Shown: positions 30,972 through 41,456, counted from the first letter of the stretch. The stretch: 64,000 nucleotides of DNA from Microcoleus sp. (GCA_042408215.1 JAYFMW010000003.1:1-64000), one strand, 5' to 3'. Notes: generated by a model from the sequence alone, not told the origin. Numbers and translations are program-made.

Positions 30972-31632
30972 AATCACTGAAAGATGAGCAAGATTGCTGC
31001 CATATTTCTAAACTGAGAATGCAGGAAATCAGCCACACCAATCCCGCCGTATAACCAGCAATAATATCCGTAGGCCAGTGAACCCCAAGATAAAGCCGAC
31101 TGAAACCAATAGCAGCAATTAACACCAGTGTCAAGCTAAAAATCCCCACTCGCCACCGAGGAAAGCGTGATGCCAAAAAATATCCTAGCAAACCGTAAAT
31201 AACCATTGACATCATCGCGTGTCCGCTAGGAAAACTGTAAAAACGAACGTCAACCGTGCGCTCCCAAAGCAGAGGTCTAGCGCGGGCAAACAGTTGTTTT
31301 AAGAGTATATTTAAACCGATACCTCCTGCACCGGCGATCGCAATAGTTGCGGCTTCGGATCGATGGTTGCGCGCTAGCAAAAAAATACCCAAGCTCAGAC
31401 AAATCACTAGGAGCAAATTCGGCTCCCCCAAAAAGGTAAAGCTCAGCATTACTCGATCGAGCAGTGGAGTGTGCAATTTCCTAAGATCTAGTAAAATAGA
31501 TGTATCGAAAGCGTAAGTTTCCTTTTCCAGAACTTCCTGGGCGATGGTAGCAAATCCCCACATCGCCAAAGCAGCAACAGCAAGTCCAGTCAGCCGAATT
31601 ATTGAAATGAGCGATCGAATTTTAGAGCGCAT
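30934..31632 (-). CDS. PAP2 family phosphatase
   Basis: KQLFARARP, SFPSGHA, SRLYLGVHWPTD. Confidence 0.93.
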   Translation of the reverse strand: MRSKIRSLISIIRLTGLAVAALAMWGFATIAQEVLEKETYAFDTSILLDLRKLHTPLLDRVMLSFTFLGEPNLLLVICLSLGIFLLARNHRSEAATIAIAGAGGIGLNILLKQLFARARPLLWERTVDVRFYSFPSGHAMMSMVIYGLLGYFLASRFPRWRVGIFSLTLVLIAAIGFSRLYLGVHWPTDIIAGYTAGLVWLISCILSLEIWQQSCSSFSDSKEKFLSSNRHQ

Positions 31633-31777
31633 CTATCTAAGTAATTAAAAATAAAAAATCCCAGACAGACAATAATACAACAAATCTAGGAAACGAAAAC
31701 ACCTTACCAAGCGTCTGGACTCCTGAGCAAGTATATTTTGAATCCTTAATTGCTCCTCTACTACCCACATATGCTTT

Positions 31778-31889
31778 TATAGCAACCTTCTCAGCGGTTA
31801 GGACATCCTTAATCGCTGAAACCATTACTATGGTTACATCTTCTATCTTCCATCTGCCATCTTCCATCTTCCATCTTCCTTCTGCTATA
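31778..31889. mobile_element. Second copy of the TATAGCA-ended MITE-like element
   Basis: TATAGCAACC...TGCTATA with internal (TTCCATC)n. Confidence 0.6.
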
Positions 31890-31902
31890 CCTCCAACCGG
31901 CA

Positions 31903-32982
31903 ATGATTTTACTATCAAAAAAACACATTTCGGCAATTTTCCTAGCTTTGGGGTTGACAAGTCTTTCTAGCTGTGCTAAGAACACCGCAGTCAATGCCCC
32001 GCTAATCGAAGCCAACACGATCGCCCAGAATCTCGTCTCTACCGTAGTCGCCCAAAAGCCCAACAGCCCGCAATTTGGTCAACCCATCGACTGTACCCTT
32101 GGCAAAGACTGCTTCATTTTGCTGTATTTCGATCGCGATCCCAGCCCCGCCGCCGTTGATTTTGGGTGCGGGCGTCAAACCTACGACGGCCACGACGGCA
32201 CTGACTTTGCCATTCCCGACGCAAAAGCAATGGCAAAAGGAGTCCCAGTTATCGCCTCCGCTGCGGGCAAAGTTTTGCGAGTGCGAGATGGTGTGGTCGA
32301 TCGACGTTTACAAAACGATACAGACAAAGCCAACATCCAAGGCACTGAATGTGGTAACGGCATGGTAATCGACCACGGCGGCGGTTGGGAAGCCCAATAT
32401 TGCCACCTCCGCCAAGGCAGCGTTGCTGTCAAACCAGGGGAGCCCGTGGCCAAAGGCGCAGTTTTGGGGATGGTGGGAAACTCTGGGATGGCATCTTTTC
32501 CCCACGTACACGTCACTTTCCGCTATCTTGGCAAAGCTGTAGATCCCTTTGTCGGCCCCGATGCCAAATTGGGCTGCAATGTCGCCCGTCAGCCAATTTG
32601 GGACAAGCCTCTAGACTATATTTCTACAGGTTTAATTCGCAGCGGTTTTGCCTCCAAGCCGCCGGACATGAACGCTATTTGGCAAGGACAATTTGCTGAA
32701 ACTAAACTACCTCTAAATAGCCCTGCTTTGTTATTTTGGGTGCAAAGTTATGGAGTGCTAAAGGGCGATCGCGAACAATACCAACTATTTGCTCCCAACG
32801 GCGAAACCATCGCCAACAACACCAACGAAATCAAAGCCCCCAGCCGCACTTGGTTGGGTTATATTGGCAAAAGAAATAGTACCAATTCTCCTCTGACTCC
32901 CGGAGTTTGGCGGGCCCAATATCGGTTAATGCGGGGCGATCGAGTTTTGACCCAAGTAAAGCGAGAAGTCGAATTGCGTTAG
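31903..32982 (+). CDS. M23 family metallopeptidase lipoprotein
   Basis: Lipobox LSSC; HDGTD, YCHL, FPHVH. Confidence 0.9.
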   Translation: MILLSKKHISAIFLALGLTSLSSCAKNTAVNAPLIEANTIAQNLVSTVVAQKPNSPQFGQPIDCTLGKDCFILLYFDRDPSPAAVDFGCGRQTYDGHDGTDFAIPDAKAMAKGVPVIASAAGKVLRVRDGVVDRRLQNDTDKANIQGTECGNGMVIDHGGGWEAQYCHLRQGSVAVKPGEPVAKGAVLGMVGNSGMASFPHVHVTFRYLGKAVDPFVGPDAKLGCNVARQPIWDKPLDYISTGLIRSGFASKPPDMNAIWQGQFAETKLPLNSPALLFWVQSYGVLKGDREQYQLFAPNGETIANNTNEIKAPSRTWLGYIGKRNSTNSPLTPGVWRAQYRLMRGDRVLTQVKREVELR

Positions 32983-33183
32983 TTAGTTGACTGTTAACTG
33001 TTGACTGTTGGCTGTTAACGGTTAACAGTTGACTGTTAACTGTTGACTGTTAACTGTTGGCAGTTTTCAGAATAACAGGATTTTGATCGTCTCCGTTGAC
33101 TGTTTAATCCTTACAAAAAGCCCCCGTATTCATCTATGAACTCAATCTAAAATCTCAAATCTAAAATCTCAAATCGGACGAGT

Positions 33184-33417
33184 TTAAGGCAAAGTTTCCC
33201 AAGCTTGAGCCACAATGTCGCTCAGCCAGAGCCTTTGAGTCAAATCGAGGAGATTGTCGTCCGCCAGCACCTCAGCCTTTAACTCATCCAAAGACTGAGA
33301 CTGCGATCGAGCTATCTGAACCACGCCCGCGATCGCACAGGCCACCAATTCTTCATTCAGTGGCTGTTGTCGCAAAGCAATCATTTCTTGAGGATTCGTA
33401 GGAATGGGATAATTCAT
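33184..33417 (-). CDS. Small conserved hypothetical protein
   Basis: Likely start MNYPIP (77 aa), divergent from cruA. Confidence 0.65.
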   Translation of the reverse strand: MNYPIPTNPQEMIALRQQPLNEELVACAIAGVVQIARSQSQSLDELKAEVLADDNLLDLTQRLWLSDIVAQAWETLP

Positions 33418-33604
33418 GAGATTGCATACCGAAGGGAGTAGATGATCCGACGCCGAGGCCAAACCGAGAGCGATCGAAAACCCAAAAATCTGAGAACATT
33501 GTAAACTTATTTTAAAAGTAAATAAGTATTCGGGAGTATAGCGCACTTTGCTCCCTTGTCAACTCCCCCAGCTTTATGAATTTATTCAGAATAGAGAGCC
33601 TAAA

Positions 33605-35710
33605 ATGCAAGAAATTCTTTATCTAGAAGTCCCGACACCGGATACAGCAGCCGTATGCACTTGGTTGCAGCAGGAATTCGAGCCTGGAATCGGAGAAAAA
33701 ATTATTACTCCTGACGGCTTTCGCCTGCTTTCAACCGCAACAGCCGCCGGGGTTCTCAAGTCGGCCACCCAAATTGCCAATCCAAAATCCACCGTCGCCA
33801 CCTCCAATTCAGTCAGCCACAATCATAAATCCACAGAACTTTCCACATTTGTCTGGTCAGTCCAACGAACCACTTACTTAAAAGTCTTTCGTCTGGAAGA
33901 TGCACCCCCTGGGGAAAGAAAATTCCTCGAATCTCTGAATCAGGGCTTGAGAAACAAGTTCCCTGAGTTATGCCCGGAACCCCCAGCCATAGATCTCTCC
34001 AAACAGTCAATTTTTGAAGCTCTTGCCCCCTATTACCCGCTCACCGTCAAATACTTCCAAAAAATGCCAAAGGGCGAATACGACCTCCAGCGCGTTTACT
34101 GGTGGGAGCAGCGCTGGCGCGAAGGCACTCGCAATCCTCAAAAACCAAAACAAGTAGTGTTTTGGAAGTCAGAGGGAAGTTCGGCAACGGATTCTGTAAC
34201 GGATTTAACGGATGTGACGGTTTATGACTTAATTTATATCGGCGGGGCGTTGGGAGTTATTCATGCCGCCGTCATGGCCAGATTGGGCTACCGGGTGCTG
34301 CTGGTAGAACGAATGCCTTTTGGGCGGATGAATCGCGAGTGGAATATTTCGCGGGACGAAATTCAAAGCTTAATTGATTTGGGTTTGTTTACTGCTGCGG
34401 AAGTGGAAACTTTGATTGCTAGAGAATACAAAGATGGCTATAACAAGTTTTTTGATGCTAACAATCCGAGCTTTGCTAAAGCACCAGTTCTGCACACTCC
34501 CAAGGTACTAAATGTAGCTGTGAATAGTGATAAATTACTGTATTTAGCGGGAGTAAAACTGACAGAAGCTGGTGGCGAAATTTGGGATGAAACCGAGTTG
34601 GTGAGAGCCGATGTAGAGCTTGAAAAAGTTGTGGTTCAGGGCTGCCACTTGCCCACAAAATGCGATCGCACCGTATCGGGACGGCTACTGGTGGATGCGA
34701 TGGGTTCCGCTTCTCCCATAGCTTGGCAATTGAACGAAGGGCGGGCTTTTGACAGCGTGTGTCCGACGGTAGGAGCTGCCATCGATGGAGGATTTGATCC
34801 GGGAGTCTGGGATTCCGAATACGGGGATGTGCTCTACACTCACGGGGACATTTCTCGCGGCCGCCAGCTCATTTGGGAGTTGTTTCCCGGCGCTGGAAAA
34901 GAACTGACAGTTTATCTATTTCACTACCACCAAGTAAATCCTAAAAATCCCGGTTCTTTGCTGGAATTGTACGAGGATTTTTTTGCAATTTTGCCTGAGT
35001 ATCGTCGCTGCGATCTGGATAAATTGGTGTGGAAAAAACCGACTTTTGGTTATATTCCCGGACATTTTAGCACGAACAGCAGCGATCGCGCGGTGGCTTT
35101 CGATCGGCTAATCTCGATCGGCGATGCAGCTTCCCTGCAATCTCCCCTGGTTTTCACTGGTTTCGGCTCTCTGGTTCGCAATCTTTTCCGATTAACAGAC
35201 CTATTAGATACTGCTTTAAAACACAATTTATTGAGTGCAAAGCACTTAAACCAAATTCGTGCTTACCAGAGCAATGTTTCAGTGACTTGGCTGTTTTCTA
35301 AAGGGATGATGGTTCCCACCGGCCTCAGTTTGCCACCCCAAAGGATTAATTCAATTCTCAATACCTTTTTCGGTATTTTAACAGAAGAAGAACTCACCGT
35401 AGCCGAAACTTTTATTAAAGACCGGACGGATTGGTTAACTTTCAATCGGCTGGCCCTGAAAGCTGCTAGAAAAAACCCTTCTCTCCTGCTGTGGATTTTG
35501 GATTTTGTCAGTTTCGGGGATATTTGGCGTTGGCTGGGGAGTTATTTCAGCTTCACTTTGGTGGCTTTAGCGAGTTGGCTATTTGGATGGCTCCCCCAAT
35601 TCGCCCGGAGGATACAGCCTTGGCTGGAACCACGGTATCCGGCTGTTTGGCTGTGGCTGTTGACTAACAGCTATGCCCTAACTTACGGTATGGGACGACC
35701 TCAAAAGTAG
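33605..35710 (+). CDS. cruA: CruA-type lycopene cyclase (flavin-dependent)
   Basis: LYLEVPTPD start, YDLIYIGGALG, MNREWNIS, IGDAASLQSPLVFTGFGS; about 700 aa fits CruA better than CruP. Confidence 0.8.
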   Translation: MQEILYLEVPTPDTAAVCTWLQQEFEPGIGEKIITPDGFRLLSTATAAGVLKSATQIANPKSTVATSNSVSHNHKSTELSTFVWSVQRTTYLKVFRLEDAPPGERKFLESLNQGLRNKFPELCPEPPAIDLSKQSIFEALAPYYPLTVKYFQKMPKGEYDLQRVYWWEQRWREGTRNPQKPKQVVFWKSEGSSATDSVTDLTDVTVYDLIYIGGALGVIHAAVMARLGYRVLLVERMPFGRMNREWNISRDEIQSLIDLGLFTAAEVETLIAREYKDGYNKFFDANNPSFAKAPVLHTPKVLNVAVNSDKLLYLAGVKLTEAGGEIWDETELVRADVELEKVVVQGCHLPTKCDRTVSGRLLVDAMGSASPIAWQLNEGRAFDSVCPTVGAAIDGGFDPGVWDSEYGDVLYTHGDISRGRQLIWELFPGAGKELTVYLFHYHQVNPKNPGSLLELYEDFFAILPEYRRCDLDKLVWKKPTFGYIPGHFSTNSSDRAVAFDRLISIGDAASLQSPLVFTGFGSLVRNLFRLTDLLDTALKHNLLSAKHLNQIRAYQSNVSVTWLFSKGMMVPTGLSLPPQRINSILNTFFGILTEEELTVAETFIKDRTDWLTFNRLALKAARKNPSLLLWILDFVSFGDIWRWLGSYFSFTLVALASWLFGWLPQFARRIQPWLEPRYPAVWLWLLTNSYALTYGMGRPQK

Positions 35711-35802
35711 TGCGTGAGTTTTGAGTTTTGAGTTTTGAGTTAGAATAGTTGAGGTTTAAAACTCTGAAAAACTCATAGCTTTCTAAGTTTTAAATTGCTT
35801 GT

Positions 35803-36120
35803 TTACAGCAGTTCCCGCTGTTATGAAACACGGTAGGGACACTCCAGGAGCCCATTGGTGTCAACTTAACGTCAAACCCTGTCAGAGACTGTTGTTTGAC
35901 GATTAGGCCCAGATCCCCCCTAGCCCCCCTTAAGAAGGGGGGGACAGGAGTCCGATCAAAGTCCCCCTTCTTAAGGGGGATTTAGGGGGATCTAGACTCA
36001 GGTAAAAACCAGATTTCTCAGGGCTTTCAGGCTTAAGTTGACACCAATGGGCTCCTGGAGTGTCCCTACGAGGATTGAACGATAAGTGGGTGTACCTCAT
36101 AACAGCGGTTTCCGCTGTAA
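35803..36120. mobile_element. Nested palindromic element: outer IR, REP-like IR, MITE TIR and inner hairpin
   Basis: Perfect 37-bp inverted repeat at 35833-35869 / 36033-36069, inside TTACAGC..CCGCTGTTATGA / TCATAACAGCGG..GCTGTAA. Confidence 0.8.
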
Positions 36121-36141
36121 TTCACAACTCATAACTCAAAA

Positions 36142-37467
36142 CTATTTAAAGCTGGGTAATTCAATTTCAGCGAACGATCGCCTTTTTTTTGCAGTATTTC
36201 GCAGAGTGGAAATCGACGCTAGCCAGTTAGGTTCTGTGGCTGTTGTAGGTTGGGTATCACTAAATCGCACTTCTTGAATACCGAATGTTTCAACTGAATT
36301 CAATATTTGAGCAGCCAGGGCTAATTCTTGACTTGCTACTGTGACAGCAGGATTTTCGGGTTCAGACTTAGGGACAGGGAGTTGAGGCTCCGCAGCCCTG
36401 GGATTTGACTCTTGATGCTGGTAAGTGTCTATCTCCTGCAACAGAATGCCGGATGCTTCGGCTAAGGTGTTGAGTTGCTGATTTACCTCTGATTCGAGGC
36501 TGGTTGAGTCTTCGGTTGTCACTTCTGGATGCTGTTGGGTTCGATCGGACCAAGGTTGGACAGGGGAAGGGTTGAAGCTTGGTTGCAGTGGCACGTTTTG
36601 GCTGTTGACGGTGGCGAGCAAGGATTCTAATTGGGCGCTAGCTGTATCATCTGTATTCTCAAGGGGCTCCATACTGGCGATCGAATTTAAATGTGGCATC
36701 TCCAGACTTCTTTCCAAAGCAGCTTTGAATTGCAAGGTGTGGCGCTGCTGACGATGCAAGCGCGATCGCAATTCCCTGCAAACATTTTCCGTGGCTACTA
36801 GCTGCTGCAACTGTTCGTTGTAGCGCTGCATAATAGAGGCACATTCTCGCTCAACAGCCGCTAGCCTGGTTTGGCTAGTTGTCAACTGACTGGTTAAGCT
36901 TTCGACTGACATTTCTTGACCTTGCAGAGTGTGATTGGAAACTTCCAGTTTGCCAAACAGCCGAGTCAATTGTGCTTGAGTGTTTTCGAGTTCTGCATTC
37001 CGCTGTTCTAGCAAAGTTTCGCGAGCCTGCAAGTTTTTTTGGGACTCTTGGAGCGCTGTTTCTAGCTGGGAGATGCGCCCTAAAAGATCGCGGTTGCATT
37101 CGTGCAGCGCTTGCATCAGAGTAACAGGAGTCGATCCTTTGCCCTTAGCCTGTTCAGTAGAAGCAAGCAGATTTTTGAGATGATCTGAAATCGGGGGCGA
37201 ACTGGCAGGAGTTGGCTGTGTCTGAGATGGCAACTTTTTTGTGTCAGGCTTGGTGGGAATTGCATCTACGCTGATGGCGTTGGGAAAATCTACTGTTTCC
37301 CAGTTTTCTTCTGGCTGTTCGGGCTGGAATGTGGGAATATCTGTCCGACGGGGGGCGATCGGCTCAAAGCCCCCGTTAGCAGCAAAATTTGGCTGGAATG
37401 ATTCGATATCGGATCGTACAGCAGGGTGCGGTTCGTGCTGATTGGCTCGAAGATCAGCTTCTGACAT
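36142..37467 (-). CDS. Coiled-coil hypothetical protein
   Basis: 441 aa with a central Q/E/L heptad region; WETVDFPNA and terminal IELPSF motifs. Confidence 0.8.
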   Translation of the reverse strand: MSEADLRANQHEPHPAVRSDIESFQPNFAANGGFEPIAPRRTDIPTFQPEQPEENWETVDFPNAISVDAIPTKPDTKKLPSQTQPTPASSPPISDHLKNLLASTEQAKGKGSTPVTLMQALHECNRDLLGRISQLETALQESQKNLQARETLLEQRNAELENTQAQLTRLFGKLEVSNHTLQGQEMSVESLTSQLTTSQTRLAAVERECASIMQRYNEQLQQLVATENVCRELRSRLHRQQRHTLQFKAALERSLEMPHLNSIASMEPLENTDDTASAQLESLLATVNSQNVPLQPSFNPSPVQPWSDRTQQHPEVTTEDSTSLESEVNQQLNTLAEASGILLQEIDTYQHQESNPRAAEPQLPVPKSEPENPAVTVASQELALAAQILNSVETFGIQEVRFSDTQPTTATEPNWLASISTLRNTAKKRRSFAEIELPSFK

Positions 37468-37596
37468 GGCTTTTTATCCCAATAGTCACAGAGTCTCACC
37501 TACAGTGTATCCCGATCGATTATCCAGCAGGAAGACCCTAGGTGAGAGTTGTGGTCATTTTTCGCATTTTTTCAGGAAAATAGCCTCAAAGGAGAG

Positions 37597-37938
37597 GGGC
37601 ATGGGGCATGGGGCATGGGGCATGGGTAATGGGGAATGGGGAATGGGGAATGGGGAATTGGGAATTGGGAATTGGGAATTGGGAATTGGGAATTGGGAAT
37701 TGGGAATTGGGAATTGGGAATGGGGAATTGGGAATGGGGAATTGGGAATGGGGAATTGGGAATGGGGAATGGGGAATGGGGAATGGGGAATTGGGAATGG
37801 GGAATTGGGAATTGGGAATTGATAACTGCTCATTTGTTATTGGTATCCCCTTACAAATAACCAATAACCAATAACCAATAACCAATAACCAATAACCAAT
37901 AACCAATAACCAATGACTAATGACTAATGACTAATGAC
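37597..37938. repeat. STRR tracts (GGGGCAT)n, (GGGAATT/GGGGAAT)n, (CCAATAA)n, (TGACTAA)n
   Basis: Direct reading. Confidence 0.95.
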
Positions 37939-37946
37939 TTCCTCCA

Positions 37947-38582
37947 CTATTTAACTGTAAAATGTTGATCGATTAGTGCTGGAATTTCGGCTGGTTTGAT
38001 GCGACTGTAGCGAGTTTTGTCTGGCATCACAACTATATTTGGCCCGGCTTTACACTGCTTGAGACATCCGGTTCCTTGAACAGTAACTGGCCCTGCTAAA
38101 CCGCGAGAATTTAAAGCATTTTCTAAAGCTTTACATACTGCTGCGCCGCCGCGTTTCTGGCAGTCTGATTTTTGACATACTAATATTTTTCCTTTAATTT
38201 TAGCCGGATTTACCGCTGTTTGAGATGCTGTGCGAGAGTGGATTTCGCGATCGGATGTTAAAGTTGCAACAGGTGTATTTTTGGTGTCTACCTGTGGCTG
38301 TGCTGGATTCTCGCTCTCTGAGAGTTTGAGGCTGTAGGCTTTGAGTTTAATTTTCCCATTTTTCAAGTTATGCTGTTTCTCGCCTGCAACTTTCACCCTC
38401 AATCCCGGCGTCAAAACTAGAGATAGAGATGTCCGCAATTCCTTACACAGTTTGACAAGGTATTCTATTCCGCGATCGCCACTAATTCGCAAATATTTAA
38501 GTTTGTCACCATCTTCAAATATCTGGCTCAGGATTTTTCCCTCTAAGCTAAACTCTGAAACTTGCTTGCAAGAATTATACAT
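37947..38582 (-). CDS. Thioredoxin-like (2Fe-2S) ferredoxin domain protein
   Basis: ILVCQKSDC, TGCLKQCKAGPN. Confidence 0.85.
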   Translation of the reverse strand: MYNSCKQVSEFSLEGKILSQIFEDGDKLKYLRISGDRGIEYLVKLCKELRTSLSLVLTPGLRVKVAGEKQHNLKNGKIKLKAYSLKLSESENPAQPQVDTKNTPVATLTSDREIHSRTASQTAVNPAKIKGKILVCQKSDCQKRGGAAVCKALENALNSRGLAGPVTVQGTGCLKQCKAGPNIVVMPDKTRYSRIKPAEIPALIDQHFTVK

Positions 38583-38743
38583 GATTATGGTTCCTTTGTT
38601 GACTGTTCGGTAAAAATTATCAAGGATTCTCTAAAGCCATTCCTAAAAAGTTTTGCCGCCCGCATAGCTGCTTTCTGCCTTCTGGAGATTTGCCCCATTT
38701 TCAGGAAACCTTGAGGACGATCGTCTTTTTAAAGCATAACGCA

Positions 38744-38762
38744 AATGCTAATAATTCTCAAT
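38744..38762. promoter_or_regulatory. Candidate Fur box
   Basis: AATGCTAATAATTCTCAAT, an imperfect 9-1-9 palindrome upstream of the Fe-S protein gene. Confidence 0.5.
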
Positions 38763-38868
38763 AGGTTTTGTAAAAAATTTTGCTACTGAGACTCAGAGTG
38801 CATTAAAACCCTGATCCTCCTCCCTCTTCGCGCCCTGAGCGACGAAAGCGGTTCGCGCTCTGAGCCCC

Positions 38869-38907
38869 AAAAAAAAGCGAGCAGTTTTGTGACTGCCCGC
38901 TTTTTTA
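38869..38907. terminator. Bidirectional intrinsic terminator downstream of chlP
   Basis: A-tract, GCGAGCAGT/ACTGCCCGC stem, T7. Confidence 0.75.
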
Positions 38908-38927
38908 TACAATGTGCGTTAGCGCAA

Positions 38928-40148
38928 TTAAGGCGCTAAAGCACTGCCGCGCAACAGACTACCAATGGTTTTGGCGGTAATCTTCATTTGCACGAAAGGA
39001 TTTGCCGGCACTACGGTCTTATACAAGTAGCTATCGAATGTGAGTTTCTGCACATCGCGATCGGCACACATTTCCACAAAAGCTTCGCGAGTAGCATCGG
39101 AACGGTAGAACACTCGTTGCAAAATGTCAAGCACTTTGTAAGTAATCCCGTAAGCTTTATCCCACCGCTTCAGGTAAATCTTAATTTCCTCTTCAGTAGG
39201 AATGCGCGCGCCTTTATTGGAAATCTCCACAATAGTTTCCGCGCACATCCGGCCAGACTTCGCAGCAAAATAGATACCTTCGCCCGAAGACTTGGTAACA
39301 TAACCTGCCGCATCGCCTACGAGAGCAACTCGGCCGACAACCCGGCGAGGACGCGGATGTTCTGGGATGGGGTGAGCTTCCACTTTAATAATCTCACCGC
39401 CCATGAGTTTTTTGGCAGCGCGGGCGCGAACCCCTGCTTGTAGCTTTTTGATACTGGCTTGATTGACTTTCATCGTACCGGTACCGACGGCTACGTGGTC
39501 GTATTTGGGGAACACCCAAGCGTAGAAATCGGTAGATACGTCATCGCCGACGTACATTTCGGCTAAGTCGTGGTAGTAAGCCATTTTATCTTCCGGCAGA
39601 CGGATGCGTTCTTGGAAGGCGATCGCATAATTGTAATCACCAGCATCGATCGCCTTGGCTACGCGGGAGTTAGCACCGTCAGCCCCAATCACCAAATCCA
39701 CTTTCAGAGTTTTCTGAATTCCCATTGCCGCGCCGTTGGAGTGATCGGCGTAGTGGAGAATGTAGGGGTCTGTGTTGTTGGCGGGAAGCTCTAATGTGTG
39801 AACGGTGCCGTTAATTAGTTTGGCACCCAAGGAAGCCGCCCGATCGCGCAAGAAACCATCGAGCACTTCTCGGCGGCACATACCGATGTATTCGTGGGCG
39901 TTTTCGATGTTGATGTCCACCTCGACATTGGAGGGGGAAATCATCTTCATTTTTCTGACTTGACGGTCTATAATGCTTTGCGGCAAGTCAAATTCCTGTA
40001 CCATGCACAGGGGAATCGCCCCGCCACAGGGTTTGGCGTAGTCTAATTTGCGCTCGAATAGGTATGTTTCGATTCCTGCTTTTACGAGTGTTTCGGCGGC
40101 GGAAGAACCCGCAGGGCCTGAACCTACTACTGCAACCCTTAGTGTCAA
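38928..40148 (-). CDS. chlP: Geranylgeranyl reductase
   Basis: RVAVVGSGPAG, KPCGGAIPLCM, LVGDAAGYVTKSSGEGIYFA; TTG start preceded by GGAG. Confidence 0.97.
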   Translation of the reverse strand: MTLRVAVVGSGPAGSSAAETLVKAGIETYLFERKLDYAKPCGGAIPLCMVQEFDLPQSIIDRQVRKMKMISPSNVEVDINIENAHEYIGMCRREVLDGFLRDRAASLGAKLINGTVHTLELPANNTDPYILHYADHSNGAAMGIQKTLKVDLVIGADGANSRVAKAIDAGDYNYAIAFQERIRLPEDKMAYYHDLAEMYVGDDVSTDFYAWVFPKYDHVAVGTGTMKVNQASIKKLQAGVRARAAKKLMGGEIIKVEAHPIPEHPRPRRVVGRVALVGDAAGYVTKSSGEGIYFAAKSGRMCAETIVEISNKGARIPTEEEIKIYLKRWDKAYGITYKVLDILQRVFYRSDATREAFVEMCADRDVQKLTFDSYLYKTVVPANPFVQMKITAKTIGSLLRGSALAP

Positions 40149-40297
40149 AGCTTTTCTCCCCAGTTTTTTTCTATAGGCATTACTCATGTTTGATGGTATC
40201 ACGGAGTTGGGATGGGGTGGGGTTACGAAGGGGAGATTTAAATGAAATGCAACAGAGCTTAACAGTTCGATACGAAAATCGCATATTTAAGAGCGAC

Positions 40298-40803
40298 GCA
40301 CTCCCACCCAAGAAACCGGGTTTTTATCGAGATTAAGGGCTATAAACCAGTAGTTTCGTCAAAAACCCGGTTTCTGAGTCCCCGCACTCCCACCCAAGAA
40401 ACCGGGTTTTTATCGAGATTAAAGGCTATAAACCAGTATTTTCGTCAAAAACCCGGTTTCTGAGTCCCCGCACTCCCACCCAAGAAACCGGGTTTTTATC
40501 GAGATTAAAGGCTATAAACCAGTATTTTCGTCAAAAACCCGGTTTCTGAGTCCCCGCACTCCCACCCAAGAAACCGGGTTTTTATCGAGATTAAGGGCTA
40601 TAAACCAGTATTTTCGTCAAAAACCCGGTTTCTGAGTCCCCGCACTCCCACCCAAGAAACCGGGTTTTTATCGAGATTAAGGACTATAAACCAGTATTTT
40701 CGTCAAAAACCCGGTTTCTGAGTCCCCGCACTCCCACCAAGAAACCGGGTTTTTACCAAGATTAAGGGCTATAAACCAGTATTTTCGCAAAAACCCGGTT
40801 TCT
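40298..40803. repeat. 86-bp tandem array (6 copies) of an AGAAACCGGGTTTTT/AAAAACCCGGTTTCT palindrome
   Basis: Unit starts at 40298, 40384, 40470, 40556, 40642 and 40728; loops nearly identical; solo relative at about 29432-29498. Confidence 0.95.
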
Positions 40804-40807
40804 GCCG

Positions 40808-41001
40808 ATTGGTGACAACTTAATACTGAACCCACAATAAATGTTGCTTTTAGGCAAAATCTAGATCCCCCTAAATCCCCCTGATTGTTGGGGGACGAAA
40901 TATCGGACTCTTGTCCCCCCCTTATTAAGGGGGGTTAGGGGGGATCTAGACTTTGATACAAACAACAGAGACTGTCGGTTTGACATTAAGTTGTCACCAA
41001 T
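40808..41001. mobile_element. Third copy of the ATTGGTG(T/A)CAACTTAA MITE
   Basis: Perfect 17-bp TIR ATTGGTGACAACTTAAT with internal CTAGATCCCCC...GGGGGATCTAG. Confidence 0.75.
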
Positions 41002-41063
41002 GGTTTCTGCCTAACTCTGAATCAGTTACATTTAACTTAGTTAGACATATATCTAAAATTCTT

Positions 41064-41456
41064 ATGCTCGGTAATTTTCAACAAAGCAACCTGCGGATTG
41101 AGCTTGAAGCTTCGGAAACAGCGATTCGGGATAGCTTACTGCGTCCAGCTCAATTGCAGCAATGGCTGTGGCCGCAACAGTTGTCTAAAGGCTTACCAGA
41201 AGAATTTACTCAAGGTTTGACCTTTACGAGTTGGCTGGGCCCGGTGGCTGTTCAGCATCACGTTGATATTGCTGAGCCGAATTGTCTGCGGCTGATATTG
41301 AGTCAGGGAATTGACGGGTTTCACGAGTGGTATTGGGGCGATGGTTGGGTGCAGTCTCGGTTGGAGGGAGTGTCGCTGTTGCCGCTGAATTTGGGACAAA
41401 CGGCTAGTTTGTTGCGGCTGCGGGAGTTTTTGGCGGCGAAGGGAAAGGCGAAGTAG
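41064..41456 (+). CDS. Conserved hypothetical protein (SRPBCC-like)
   Basis: MLGNFQQSNLRIE...GIDGFHEWYWGDGWVQSRLEG; the upstream ORF extension lies in the MITE. Confidence 0.7.
   Translation: MLGNFQQSNLRIELEASETAIRDSLLRPAQLQQWLWPQQLSKGLPEEFTQGLTFTSWLGPVAVQHHVDIAEPNCLRLILSQGIDGFHEWYWGDGWVQSRLEGVSLLPLNLGQTASLLRLREFLAAKGKAK

Noticed and set aside
37442..37906. ORFs such as MGHGAWG/GNWELGI/PIPNSQF (also 794-1075, 19231-19535, 54069-54347, 59994-60362, 63193-63381)
   Set aside because: These are translations of heptamer STRR tracts or antisense shadows, not credible proteins.
40235..40270. HLR1 (RpaB) site upstream of chlP
   Set aside because: Only a weak match to the (G/T)TTACA(T/A)(T/A) direct repeat; not supportable.
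40298..40803. CRISPR array
   Set aside because: The would-be spacers are nearly identical between units and there are no cas genes in the window; it is a tandem repeat.
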